A stretch of 63,926 bases of DNA, counting the filler, from Trichomonas gallinae (lineage: Eukaryota), in assembly GCA_008369845.1 (NCBI GenBank). It is 5 parts of 5 records of this genome, joined end to end, with 100 filler letters (N's around TTAATTAATTAA, not from the genome) between each part and the next. Parts side by side here need not be neighbours in the genome. Positions count along the whole stretch, not along the records: positions 35,460 to 43,392 come from MRSU01000536.1; positions 43,493 to 62,366 come from MRSU01000538.1; 3 more parts are not named here. One strand, 5' to 3'. The position numbers and the translations under genes are program-made. The first letter of the stretch is position 1. The number at the start of each line of letters is the position of its first letter. Below, piece after piece: positions 39,894 through 50,983 of this stretch. Under the pieces are notes generated by a model. That model made no database searches, was not told where the DNA came from, and worked only from the letters and a program-made list of their open reading frames with translations.

Positions 39894-42386
39894 TTATCTT
39901 TGAAGATTCTGCAATAATAAGTCAACATAGCTTTTGAAGGAAGGATTCTGTCTTAAAACTTTTATAACAGGCTTGTAATTTAATGATCTAATAACTTCCT
40001 GGCATTTCTCGTAGTTCGACAAAACGGTGACAGCAGATAAAGCAGGATAAGTAAGCTCGCTGTCTTTTTTCAGCATCGAGAACATTATAGGAATGTAAAG
40101 TACGAAATCATTAGTGAACATCGACCTCGCAATCAAGTCTATTATATATATTGACGTCTTCGTCGTTTCAATATCATTGAGAGTAGGTACAACAGTCAAG
40201 TAGTGCTTGAAAAAGTCGTTTTTGACAAGATTTTTCATGAAATTTCGTTCGTCGATCATCTTCATTACTATTTTCGCTGCTATATCTATCAGCTCTATGT
40301 CTCCCGTGTCAGGTATGTTGCTTATCCACCTGGAGAACAGCTCACAGACTGCAAAATCCTTTCTGAGTTTCTTCCTAGAAACTAAAATCAATATCAAAGA
40401 AATCACATCTACTGCTTTGAGTCTGTTGCTGAACATCCACATTTCCGCTGATGCTATTAATATGTGGCCTGCGTCTATCTGCCTCCTAGCCACACCGAAT
40501 AGCGCTATTAAAGCCATCTTGTCTCGTCCTGCAGCTGTAATTAGAGCATCGATGAACTGCGGAGTCACTTGTATGTTCGGCATTCGCGCCAGATAAGCTG
40601 CTGCATCTGATATTGTCGACTGGTTGTTCAGATGAGCGATTAGAGTTGACTGGTCTACGATTATTCGCGGATCAAACAGATTAATTATGCAACAATAAGA
40701 AGTGTGAATTACATTGAGGTCATTGCTCATAACAGCCCTGGATAGGATAAATACTAAGTCAGAAAAACGAACAGCACGAACTGATGGATTCTTTGTGAAA
40801 ATGAAATGAATTAATTTCACGAAATCAATGCCACATGAGCGAATGAATGTGTCACAATTAATTTTTATGAAGTCACAAACTTCCCATATTGTTGTTTGAT
40901 GGTCTCCTGGCTGGAAATAATAACTTAATAAGGCAAGAATTTTTTCTGGACAAAGAGGGACAGCTGGAGATATCTGGGCTAGAAAAGATGAATCTATTAT
41001 ACTCGGAAAAGATATTGCTGATAATAAAAATATCATCATAACAGGAGATAATAAATCTCTCTCTTGAACTGGAAGGGCAAGGTGGATTCCATTCATCAAT
41101 AAAACTTGCAAAACTTCTTTGTCATTCTCAATCACGTGAACAATTTGAGAAAGCATCTCAATTAGAGTATTAATATCAACATTTTGCGCGAATACTGGTT
41201 TTATTGCATCGAAAAACGTCTGAGCAGTTTTACCATTCAATTGATTTATAGCAAGCGTGTAATTTGTCATGAAATTTTGATGATTTGGAGTTGATAGTAA
41301 ATTATAATCAACTGCAGCTGTTTTTGGTTTGTGATATTCGGGTGTTTGTGATTGATTGGACGTGTTCGATTGTTTAATTCGAGGTTCTCTGACTCTATGT
41401 TGACGAGCTGAATGAGATGGTGATTTAAGCGGTGGTTTCTTGAATTCTCCAACAGCAGCGCGATTGGCTTCATCTTTTTTGATGTATTTAATGAATTTTT
41501 GCACTTCTGTTCTATCTGTCCCGCTAAATACAATTTTTCCTGTCTTAAATTCGTGATAAATTTCTTCAAAAGTAGGTCGTTGATTTGGATCTTGGTTCCA
41601 GCAGCGATTGATGAATGCTTTCATCTGGTCTGAAGTAATTTTTGGAAATTCTGGTCTTTCTCCTTTTTTACATACGGCATATGCGATTTGTATTCCAGTC
41701 ATGTTCTTAAATGGGCTTGACTCTGTGAGCATCTCCCACATAATCATACCGAACGCGTAAACATCGACTTTATTTGAGTAATTGCTTGTTTCAAAAAGCT
41801 CTGGAGCCATCCAATGTGGAGTTCCCACATCTTTGGTCATTAAGTTTTCTGATGTATCGAATTCAGACTCTCCTTGTCTTCTTGAAAGGCCAAAATCACA
41901 AATAATTGGAAGTTTTTTATCGTCTAAAAGAATGTTCAATGATTTGAGATCTCTGTGTATTATACCGTGTTTATGTAAGTACTGCATTCCGTGTGCTATG
42001 CCCATTGCGATCAATGTCTTGTCTGTTCCGTCCAAATCAGGAGATCCGTCTCTATGCTTCAAAGCATTGAATAACGATCCGTTAGGAATGTATTGGGTGA
42101 TAATCGAAAATGGATATTTGAGTGTGCAGCCTAAAAACGCCAGACAAAACATATTATCGCAAATAGCAAGGTTTTCGATTTCTCTGATGAATAAGTCGAA
42201 GTCAGAGCCCCTTAACTCTTTTAAAAATAGCTTTTTGATCGCGCATTTCTTTTTAGTCGCTTTGTGAATTGCATAAGTTACTTCTCCGAAGCCACCTTCA
42301 CCAATTTTTTCTCCATATTTGAACTCAGAGAGGTCAACTACGAACTCTCTCAGTTCTCTACGGACTTGGGAGGTGATATCAGACAT
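39894..42386 (-). CDS. TKL family protein kinase with C-terminal ARM-like helical domain
   Basis: GEGGFG, AIKKL, HRDLKSLN, DFG, GTPHWMAPE, KVDVYAFG, CWNQDPNQRPTF. Confidence 0.93.
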   Translation of the reverse strand: MSDITSQVRRELREFVVDLSEFKYGEKIGEGGFGEVTYAIHKATKKKCAIKKLFLKELRGSDFDLFIREIENLAICDNMFCLAFLGCTLKYPFSIITQYIPNGSLFNALKHRDGSPDLDGTDKTLIAMGIAHGMQYLHKHGIIHRDLKSLNILLDDKKLPIICDFGLSRRQGESEFDTSENLMTKDVGTPHWMAPELFETSNYSNKVDVYAFGMIMWEMLTESSPFKNMTGIQIAYAVCKKGERPEFPKITSDQMKAFINRCWNQDPNQRPTFEEIYHEFKTGKIVFSGTDRTEVQKFIKYIKKDEANRAAVGEFKKPPLKSPSHSARQHRVREPRIKQSNTSNQSQTPEYHKPKTAAVDYNLLSTPNHQNFMTNYTLAINQLNGKTAQTFFDAIKPVFAQNVDINTLIEMLSQIVHVIENDKEVLQVLLMNGIHLALPVQERDLLSPVMMIFLLSAISFPSIIDSSFLAQISPAVPLCPEKILALLSYYFQPGDHQTTIWEVCDFIKINCDTFIRSCGIDFVKLIHFIFTKNPSVRAVRFSDLVFILSRAVMSNDLNVIHTSYCCIINLFDPRIIVDQSTLIAHLNNQSTISDAAAYLARMPNIQVTPQFIDALITAAGRDKMALIALFGVARRQIDAGHILIASAEMWMFSNRLKAVDVISLILILVSRKKLRKDFAVCELFSRWISNIPDTGDIELIDIAAKIVMKMIDERNFMKNLVKNDFFKHYLTVVPTLNDIETTKTSIYIIDLIARSMFTNDFVLYIPIMFSMLKKDSELTYPALSAVTVLSNYEKCQEVIRSLNYKPVIKVLRQNPSFKSYVDLLLQNLQR

Positions 42387-42472
42387 TTATATAGTTATTT
42401 CTATCTTTTTGTCACTTTTATTGTAAAAAAAATAATAAAATTTGTCATGTAATTTTTTTTGACAAATACTTG

Positions 42473-43392
42473 TCACTTTTGTTTTAATCCAAAATTACGC
42501 ATTGTAGTTTTCGTTATAATTGATTTATCATCAACATTACATCTTAGATCATCAAATACATGTCTCAAGTGACTGAATTCTCGTTCAACAGGTGCTTCAG
42601 AAGCAAGCGCACTGACGAGTTTTTCTGCTACATGAGCCAATAAATGAAATTGGCCGCCTTTTAATCGTCTCCACATGTCATAAGGATCTGTTAATGCCGA
42701 AAAACCAATGTTATAATCGTTTGAATAGATCCAATTTCTGAACTGGTCGATAAGTAGTAGATATTTTGTATTATCTAATGAGAGCACATGAGCAACATCA
42801 TAAAGAGCTTGAGAAATTTTTTGATTAGAATCGCGATTACCATCAAATAAATCGGAGTATGAAGTTTTGATTGGGCCTGTAAATATTAGCTGACATTCAA
42901 TAGTAAGATTTGGACACTTCGGTCCGTCACGTTTAACTGGGAAAAATGGCGGCAATTTGGACATATCTGGAAATGGTCTCGGCTCAATCACAGCTTTTTT
43001 GAATGTATTTATTTTGGATGCTTGATTCATAATAGTAAAGCGGTCTTGCAAGGTTGCTTTTACTGATTCTTCAGCACGCCTAACGTGCGCATCTAAAGAT
43101 GTTTGTCTAGAACGTGGTGGATCATCTTGAGGTATGAAGTTCATCCATGGAGTTTCAACTCGATGTCTTGAATCACGAGATTCTCGTTGTTGAATCATTT
43201 GTTTTTCTAATTTGTTCAGCATTTGCTTCTGTTTGCTCAGCGTTTGTTTCTGTTGTTGATTGTTCAACATATTCTTCTTCTTCTTCGTAAGTTGGAAGAA
43301 CATTTTCAAGGAGGTACCTTTGAATAGTTTACAAATTTTACAAAAAATGCGTTTATTGGACGATTGAAGCATCATCTCTCGGGATGCTATGT
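42473..43392 (-). CDS. 5'-truncated hAT-transposase-derived protein (C-terminal dimerisation domain)
   Basis: Frame is open to the gap. W...LLAHVAEKLVSALASEAPVEREFSHLRHVFDDLRCNV matches the hAT W...LA..A...L..PASSA..ER.FS.......R pattern. Confidence 0.65.
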
Positions 43393-43492
43393 NNNNNNNN
43401 NNNNNNNNNNNNNNNNNNNNNNNNNNNNNNNNNNNNTTAATTAATTAANNNNNNNNNNNNNNNNNNNNNNNNNNNNNNNNNNNNNNNNNNNN
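43393..43492. other. Artificial contig-joining linker
   Basis: N44-TTAATTAATTAA-N44. Confidence 0.97.
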
Positions 43493-43497
43493 CTTTC

Positions 43498-44273
43498 GTG
43501 AGCATCTCAAGTTAGAAGTGTGCTAGATTCGATCTGAACACTGATATAGATAGCCCACAACAACACACTGAATATCATATATTATTGAGCATCTACATGA
43601 AAATGAGTCCACAGCGAATCAAATCAATTAAGAACTGAAAGCTATCTCAAGGACATGACTTCCAACAGTTCAACGATCATCAAGATCCTTCCTATGCCAA
43701 GTTGGTTCAATGAAAGTTTTCCCGAGCCGAATTTTACAAAAAAAATCAAATCATAGAGAATTCTCGAAGTAACTCGATGAGCTCGTGAAAAGTTTTCGTT
43801 TTCTCCAGTGCGCAATATAGAGGAGTCTATAAGCACTTTACCATGAGTTTTTCACAACAATCTTGACCCTCCCTATAGAGCTAAAGAAAACTTTTCTCGA
43901 ACTGGGTAAACAGACCTCAGAACGCAAAAATTTTCAATTTTTTGTTGCGTCAAAAACGAAGTACAAATTCTTGATTATCACTGATCATCTTGTTTTCTCA
44001 ACAGATTTAACATTATTAGAGTTCACTTTATTCATCTGCATCAAAACACCGTCGAAAAGCGCAACTCATGACACAGAGCAAGAGCTTTTTGAAAAAAAGG
44101 TGTTATAAAACCCCTCCACACTAAAAAATACGGGGAAAAACCATATTAGAATATGATTCAAAACCCAATAGTCTAGGATGTTCGGTGTCAGTCCATAGGC
44201 TATCTATATCTATTTTCAGATCGAATCTATCACACCCCTAACTTGAGATGCTCACACTTAGCCGGACACCCAA
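43498..44273. mobile_element. Non-autonomous DNA transposon (MITE-like) with about 90-bp imperfect TIRs, probably Tc1/mariner type
   Basis: 43498 GTGAGCATCTCAAGTTAGAAGTGTGCTAGATTCGATCTGAA... is the imperfect reverse complement of ...TTCAGATCGAATCTATCACACCCCTAACTTGAGATGCTCAC 44255. The right end GGACACCCAA is followed by TA; the outer left end is lost in the gap. Confidence 0.85.
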
Positions 44274-44411
44274 TATAAACCATTTGAGAAAATTACATGC
44301 AGTTTTGATCCTATTGAAATAGTTAAAGAAGAAACATTTGTTGTTGATGATATCAGCTTTTTCATTTATAGTGTTGAAGGCATCATTATCTTAGCATCAG
44401 CATATGAGTAA
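44274..44411 (+). pseudogene. 3' remnant of a beta-helix-like family paralogue interrupted by the transposon
   Basis: Translates YKPFEKITCSFDPIEIVKEETFVVDDISFFIYSVEGIIILASAYE*, closely similar to KEETLFVEDISFFIFGIEDIIFLVSAFE* at the end of 45617..46465. Confidence 0.8.
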
Positions 44412-45427
44412 ATTTATGATTTGAAAGATACAAATCATCTTATTGCAATATATTACTATTGCTTATCTAAAAGATATTTTCTTACATCGCTTCTCGTATT
44501 AAATGAACTTAATTTTATTTTGATGTCTTTTATCTGAAGCAAATATTAATGCAATATTGTATTATTATACGTTTGAAGGAATAATTAAGTGCAGTTTACA
44601 TAAAATTATCCTTTAATGCTCATCGAAAAACTAATATTCATCATCCATATTGAATGCAACACTATGTGTTTGAAAATCAATATATAGTTTTACATAGATT
44701 TTGATTTGTAAATTAATTTATAGTCAAAATAAACATTACAATAAATTTTGAATTCACCTTGAAAAGAATATCATTGATAATATTTTAAACGTTCGCATAT
44801 TTTACAACAAGTGGTTCTTGGATTTTCAGGTAATGATGCGTATTTTATATCTTCATACAGATGACCATCAAGTCACAGTTATTAACTCATATATGGATGA
44901 TCCATTAAAAGATTCTAGCTACAAGGTAAATTTAAATATCCCAAGGGAAAAAATGGGTTATCAGTGGGCTACCTGACAATACCCTATCATTTTAAAAATC
45001 TGGGGTACCCTCACCCCACTTTTCAACATCTTTACATACTCAGGGATATTAATGTTAAATTTGTATAGTTAATATGATGTTCACATAGAAAAACATATGT
45101 TAAAAATCAAGAATGTTATTTATCTTATTTTGACTAAATCCTAATAAAATTATGCTTTTTATTGAATTATTAATAGATTTAAGTAATGATATAAGTCAAT
45201 CGATGAACTTATATATTTTTCGATAATTTTGTTAATAATAATTAATATATCTGATATATCATGCTGATTTTACTGTCATAGTTTTGGTCTTCAAAAATGA
45301 CTTTAAAGGTGTCAAAATAACTAATTTTTTTTTCTGAAAACTCTAACAATTTTTTGAATGAATATTAAATTTGAATATGTTCTCAAAATAATTTTACGTA
45401 CGGGCGTGCCATTATATTTATTGTTAG

Positions 45428-46465
45428 CTATTTACACGGCCTATTATATTTCTAATTGACAAAAGCTTTTCGTTATCCAAATCATGGACTGATTTCTACC
45501 CTGAATATCAAACATATGACAAATTAATCACAAGGAGTAATGAACCATTTAACCCAACATTTGAGCTTAAATACTATATAAATGAATGCTCTTTTATTGG
45601 TCAAAAGAATGGAAGTTTGAAATTTTATCTTGGATATAATGGCGATGGAACAATCTTAACTGAATCATCATCATTTATTGAATGTTCATCAACCTCTGAT
45701 GGTGGATCTATTTTCAAAGAATATGGAGGAGCAATGATTCTGAACAAATTATGTTGTTCAAAATCTTCAACAAACGGAAGAGGTCAGTTTTGCGAAATGA
45801 TATTCACAAATGCAGTGAAATGTTACTGTTTGGAATCTTCTGTTTCTGAATGTGGGATTGATGAAAATAGTGGAGAGAATACAATTGAATTTTATGAAGG
45901 CCGGGATAAAATTTCCAATTTAAATATATCGAAAAATATTTGCTATCAAAATTCTGGTTTTTCTGTACGAGATAGTACCTCTGAATTGTCTATTTCGTTT
46001 ACTTCTATAATAAATAACAAAAATGCTGAGGATAGCTCTTTAGTTAATATTATTTATATCTCAACAACCACGGTAGATTGTCAAGTAAGCAATTGCAATA
46101 TCATTGAGAACCAAAAATGTGGTACTGTTATTGGTTTTGAGGGTATGAATACAAGAGTTGAATCATGCATAATTTTAAATAATCATCATAAATTCCAAAC
46201 ATTTTTTATAGCAGACCGTGGAAGTCCGATAACTGTGATAGTTTCTAATTCTCGTGTCGACGATTACTCAACGGATTCAGAAAATGGTGGAACATTGGAT
46301 TCAGAAAATCCTATCGCATCAACAGATATTCCAAGTATTGAGATAATGTCATGCATTTTTGTTAACTATAAAGTCGAAAAAGAAGAAACATTATTTGTTG
46401 AAGACATTAGCTTTTTCATCTTTGGTATTGAAGACATTATTTTCTTAGTATCAGCTTTTGAGTAA
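45428..46465 (+). pseudogene. Cys/Asn/Ser-rich beta-helix (Pmp-like) trichomonad family gene lacking an N-terminal ATG
   Basis: Frame is open from 45428 (..IIFLIDKSFSLSKSWTDFY..) with no ATG before the internal GAMIL Met. Contains SSFIECSSTSDGGSIF, NLNISKN, NCNIIEN. Confidence 0.6.
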
Positions 46466-46941
46466 ACTATTTTCAATTAATTGAATGTTGCCAGCAAAAT
46501 AATATAATGTTTCGGCAAAACCAATCCTTAACAGAAATGAATTGACTTTTATTTGAAGTATATATCAAGGATGTATTGTTGAAATAGCTTTTAGCAATTA
46601 TATCGATTTTGCAACAATGAAATGTTGAAATTTTCATCGAAGCCATATACGTATGGTCCAGTTCAAACATTTAACAGATGTGATTGAAATTCCATTGAAT
46701 CAAGACATGAAAATTTATGATAATAGAGTTTTTTCCCGGAATATCAACTCCCAGAAGTGTCTGTGTACAAGTAAGCATATAATTCAATAGCACTGAGAAA
46801 CATTTTAAGGTATACATATATATTGTAGTCTTTAATTTATGCTTTAATATAGAGGAGAAAAATGGTTTCACAATTTTGAATATTATTCAATTGAAAGGAT
46901 GCAATAAAATACAGTCTTTGATGTCAAGAATCCTGGACAAT

Positions 46942-47908
46942 ATGTTATTTTATTTTATTTAAAGACTGGAGTTATTATTATGAGAATGAAATCCACCAAA
47001 CAGTTAAAAAGAAAGGACATCAATTCAACTTATATGTTAATAGTGGAGAATCATATTTAATTCAAAAATGCGAATTCTCAACTATAACCAATGGAGCAGT
47101 AAGATTCGATAACAACAAAGATACTACCAAACTTTTATTAGAGTCTTCAAATTTTCTTTATTGTTCTTTCAATGGTTCAGGAGGTTCTTTTTGGTTTGAT
47201 AAAGGAGAATGCATACAAGATCGTGTCTGTTATTATTATTCAATTGTAATTGGATTTGGTCATGCTTATCGACTATTTGTCTCGAAAACGAAAAGGAATA
47301 TCATAAGATTATCAAATGCCATTTCATGTGGCAGCTATGACAATGATCGTTGCATCGATCCGAATAGCGGAATTGTCCAAATTGATCAATTGAATTTATC
47401 TAATAATATTGCTTCATACATTCAAACATATGATATTGATGATGCTGAATCAAACAGTTCTATTACGTTCTCGATTTTTATTAACAATACACAGAAAATT
47501 CAATATTGTGGTTCATTTTTCTCTGGAGAACATTTAAAAATTACTAATTGCAATTATTTAAAGAACAAAGGATTTAATAATTCAATTGACACATTGATAC
47601 TGTGTAAAAATTCGATTCTCATTGAAAATTGTTGTATTTTACAAAATGTTTGCATGAATATTTTTCATTCTACCATAGGAACCATAACAGTTAATGAGTG
47701 CTTTTGCGACAGTTATTCTTCTAAAGGATTAGTTGAAATCAATGATTCAAAGAATAGCAGCGATACTAATTCAATTTTTGAAATAGATGCCAAGAAATGT
47801 TTTGATTTTTCAATAGTTTTGCATCATTCACAAAGTTTGTATTATGACTACCCCTATCAATGGGATTTTGTTTCCTACAATATTTATGTATGTGTAGTTA
47901 ATGATTAA
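46942..47908 (+). pseudogene. Beta-helix (Pmp-like) family paralogue with ATG out of frame across a (TTATT)3 repeat
   Basis: Long frame KDWSYYY...CEFSTITNGAV...SSNFLYCSFNGSGGSFW...NCNYLKN runs 46961..47908. The ATG at 46942 is one base out of frame and stops after 6 codons. Confidence 0.65.
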
Positions 47909-48029
47909 ATATTTTATATATAGTTATTGAGCAAATAAATATATGGAAAACATATTCGATATAGAAAATGTTGTGGCAATAATTGCAAAAATAACATATA
48001 CATTTTATAAAAATAAAGCAAGAATAATA

Positions 48030-49724
48030 TCACAGTTCATCTTCGCTGTAAAACTCTGGCTCAGAGTTCTGTGATTCTGTTGAGCCACAAATTCCAATAT
48101 CAAACTTAATTCCTTCAGGAATATTATCATCATCAGTATCTGAATCGAAATCAACAAAATATTTCCTCCATTCAGAAGCAGTTTTTCTGACTGGATTAGA
48201 ATCCGAATTTAATTCTTCTTCATTATCAGCATTTGATGATTCTTTAACGTCAATTTTTACAGTGTTTGTTGATTTTTCACTGACAGATGCATTGCTTTTG
48301 CGAACTAGAGAATCAGATTTCTTTGTTTGTACTGGTTCTTTGACAACATTCGATTCGCTGGAACTTGATACATCCGCTTGTTCGCTGCTCGCCTGATCAA
48401 ATCTGTGCTGCCATGCTTCAACTCTGTCTTCGTAATCAGACATTTGTTCACTCGGAGGCTTTTCTTCGGGCAATTGCAATGATGGAATCAGTACTTTCTT
48501 GATTTTATCATCAAATTTTTCATCAACTTCTTCTTCATAATTTTCTTCTTTTTCTTCAACATTTTCATATTTTTCTTCCTCATGTGAATCCTTATTCGCG
48601 TCTTCTTCTTCATTTGAATTATTTTCTTCTTCATTATGATGATCATTTTCTTGTATTTCTTCTTCATTATCTTGGTATTGTTCTTCTTCTGTGTTTGAAA
48701 CTGAAATTGGCTGATTCTGATCGAAACTAATCTGTTCGTATGAGTCAAGATTTGAATCTATATCATTGTATATGACTTTGCTGTTTGAATTTTTTTGATT
48801 TTTATTTGAATTCATTGAATCATCATTTTGAGCATTGGAGCGCACACTATTATTGCTGAATTCGAGATTTTCGATGATAGACTTGAATTTATCAACTAAT
48901 ATTGTAAGTTTTTCAATTTCTTCGCTTAAAGCATTAGAAGTTGTGAAAGAAACAGGCTGACTTAATGATAATTTTGATTTTGGTTGTCTTTTAGTTTGTT
49001 TTACAGGTTTTGGAGGAATTTCTTCTGAAGAATCTTCAACATCATCGAGAAGTGCTTCATTGATTTTACGTCTTTTTTCAACTTCCTTCTGATATTCGTC
49101 GGTTGATGGAATGTCAGGAAGCTGAGGAAGATTATAATCTAAACTTGAATTTGAAGTTTCCAGCAAATTATCGTAAAATAGAAAAGAATCAGAATCTGTG
49201 TCATTATCTAAATCGTAACTTTCCATGGAATCTATAAACTGTTGGGCTTTTTCAACATTTTGTCGCGCTTTTTGTCTGGCTTGATTTGCTCTGAGAATAT
49301 TTGGAGATATAGTAGGTGTTTGCGGCATGGGTTGAGCTTTTTTGCTTTGTTTGACTGATTTTTTGGATATCGATGAAATATTTTGCGGAGAAAGGCTTTG
49401 TTCTGTATCTATGGTTGTATTATTGCTTTTATATGATGGATTTGATCCCCATTTTGGACGATCTGCAAGTAACGAATCTTTCTTTTGTCGATCTTTTGCA
49501 TCTAAATATTTTACGAGCTTCCTAAATGTTGCTTTATTCTTAACCAGTCGTTTTACAGGCTTGTTTTTGTTATTTGTTGATAATTGAATATCGCTTTCTT
49601 TATTTGCTGTTTTTCTTGGAGCTGAAGGCTGTGTGGTCGTAGATCTAGTAAATTCATACGAATTTTCTTTCTTTTCATCATTTTTCGGGCGAAGAGAATT
49701 TCTTGTTGATTTATTTCTATTCAT
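48030..49724 (-). CDS. Hypothetical low-complexity protein (basic N-terminus, acidic C-terminus)
   Basis: 564-aa ORF; minus-strand Inr-like TCATTTT upstream of the ATG. Confidence 0.75.
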   Translation of the reverse strand: MNRNKSTRNSLRPKNDEKKENSYEFTRSTTTQPSAPRKTANKESDIQLSTNNKNKPVKRLVKNKATFRKLVKYLDAKDRQKKDSLLADRPKWGSNPSYKSNNTTIDTEQSLSPQNISSISKKSVKQSKKAQPMPQTPTISPNILRANQARQKARQNVEKAQQFIDSMESYDLDNDTDSDSFLFYDNLLETSNSSLDYNLPQLPDIPSTDEYQKEVEKRRKINEALLDDVEDSSEEIPPKPVKQTKRQPKSKLSLSQPVSFTTSNALSEEIEKLTILVDKFKSIIENLEFSNNSVRSNAQNDDSMNSNKNQKNSNSKVIYNDIDSNLDSYEQISFDQNQPISVSNTEEEQYQDNEEEIQENDHHNEEENNSNEEEDANKDSHEEEKYENVEEKEENYEEEVDEKFDDKIKKVLIPSLQLPEEKPPSEQMSDYEDRVEAWQHRFDQASSEQADVSSSSESNVVKEPVQTKKSDSLVRKSNASVSEKSTNTVKIDVKESSNADNEEELNSDSNPVRKTASEWRKYFVDFDSDTDDDNIPEGIKFDIGICGSTESQNSEPEFYSEDEL

Positions 49725-50578
49725 TTGAAAAAAAAAAAATGACGTTTAAAATTTTGAAAACAGTAAAAAAACTTGTTAAAGGCAAAATTTTGCATTCATT
49801 TTTAATTACACTGCAGCAATTCCATGCCTCTGGCATCGAAATCTCCTCTGATTTATATTTTCGAAAATTCATTTAGATTTTTTGACATGTAAATATTTAC
49901 ATTTTTTTATTTTTAAAAATCAAAACTTAATTTCGTAATGAAATCATAGCACATGTGCAACTATTTTATTTAATTCTGTCATATATAAAGGAATTGATTT
50001 CTTGCAAGCCCATTGTTGAAAGGATATATATAACTTTCCTGATTTATTTGAAAATTTCAAAAATCTGACATTTGTCAAAAATCAACTGATTTATGATATT
50101 TTTCCAAAGCTTTGAATATCGAAAAACTAAGTTGTCGATTGCAATAACCTTATGGGATAATCAATCACATCTAATGCTTATATGTTCAAAAAGCTACCAA
50201 AATGTTTCCAAAAGAAACTGCAAAGAGATTGTCGATGTTTTGATTTCATTATAATTATTGCGATTTGGAAGTGAAAATATTTTTGCCATGTAAATATTTA
50301 CATAACAAAAAATCAAATAAAAAGATATTAGGATAATTATTTTGTTTTTTTTAAACGAAAATATTTATAATAGACACAAGCAACCCTGATTTCAAGTTTT
50401 TTTTTTACAAATGTTCAGAATAAAATCGATAGAATTTTTCAAACTATCATAGTTTCGTCTACAGTTTCCATTTATCAAAGAAAAATCTGATATTTTAAAA
50501 TTGAATGGAAAAATTTTGCATCTCCCAATTTTTTTGATATGTTTACATATTTTTTACATCAAGTCAAATTTAACTGCG

Positions 50579-50983
50579 ATGTCGCTTACATCGCAAGCGA
50601 TTATCAACCAGGAAATGAATGACTGGCATTCGAAATTTTCATTCTTAACAATTCCGGATAGTAAAGGTCAAATTAGTTCCAATTTTCATTCAATTATTCC
50701 AGAAAAAAGTGATTTTGTCGATTTGTCAACAATAGTAGAAGCAATATCCAATAGGCTGAGTATCGATATACTTAGAGATATATCTTCCACTTCAACTTCA
50801 GAAAAGAATCGAATCGCACAAACAGCAGCAGCTCAAAGGACAGCCTTAAAATACTCAATAAGTACAGAAATTGTATCCAGCAAGCCAAATGCTGCATATT
50901 ATGCTAATCCATCGGTTATTAGGATTTCACCACAAAAGCCAACAAAAAGCAAAATTACGAATCGCAAAGTCAAAGTTAAATGA
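50579..50983 (+). CDS. Hypothetical protein, paralogue of 52316..52747
   Basis: MSLTSQAIINQEMNDWHSKFSFLTIP...DFVDLSTIVEAISNRLSIDILRD...EKNRIAQTA. Confidence 0.7.
   Translation: MSLTSQAIINQEMNDWHSKFSFLTIPDSKGQISSNFHSIIPEKSDFVDLSTIVEAISNRLSIDILRDISSTSTSEKNRIAQTAAAQRTALKYSISTEIVSSKPNAAYYANPSVIRISPQKPTKSKITNRKVKVK

Noticed and set aside
43642..44108. Short ORFs inside the MITE as a possible transposase
   Set aside because: Under 85 aa with no DDE/D or HTH motifs.
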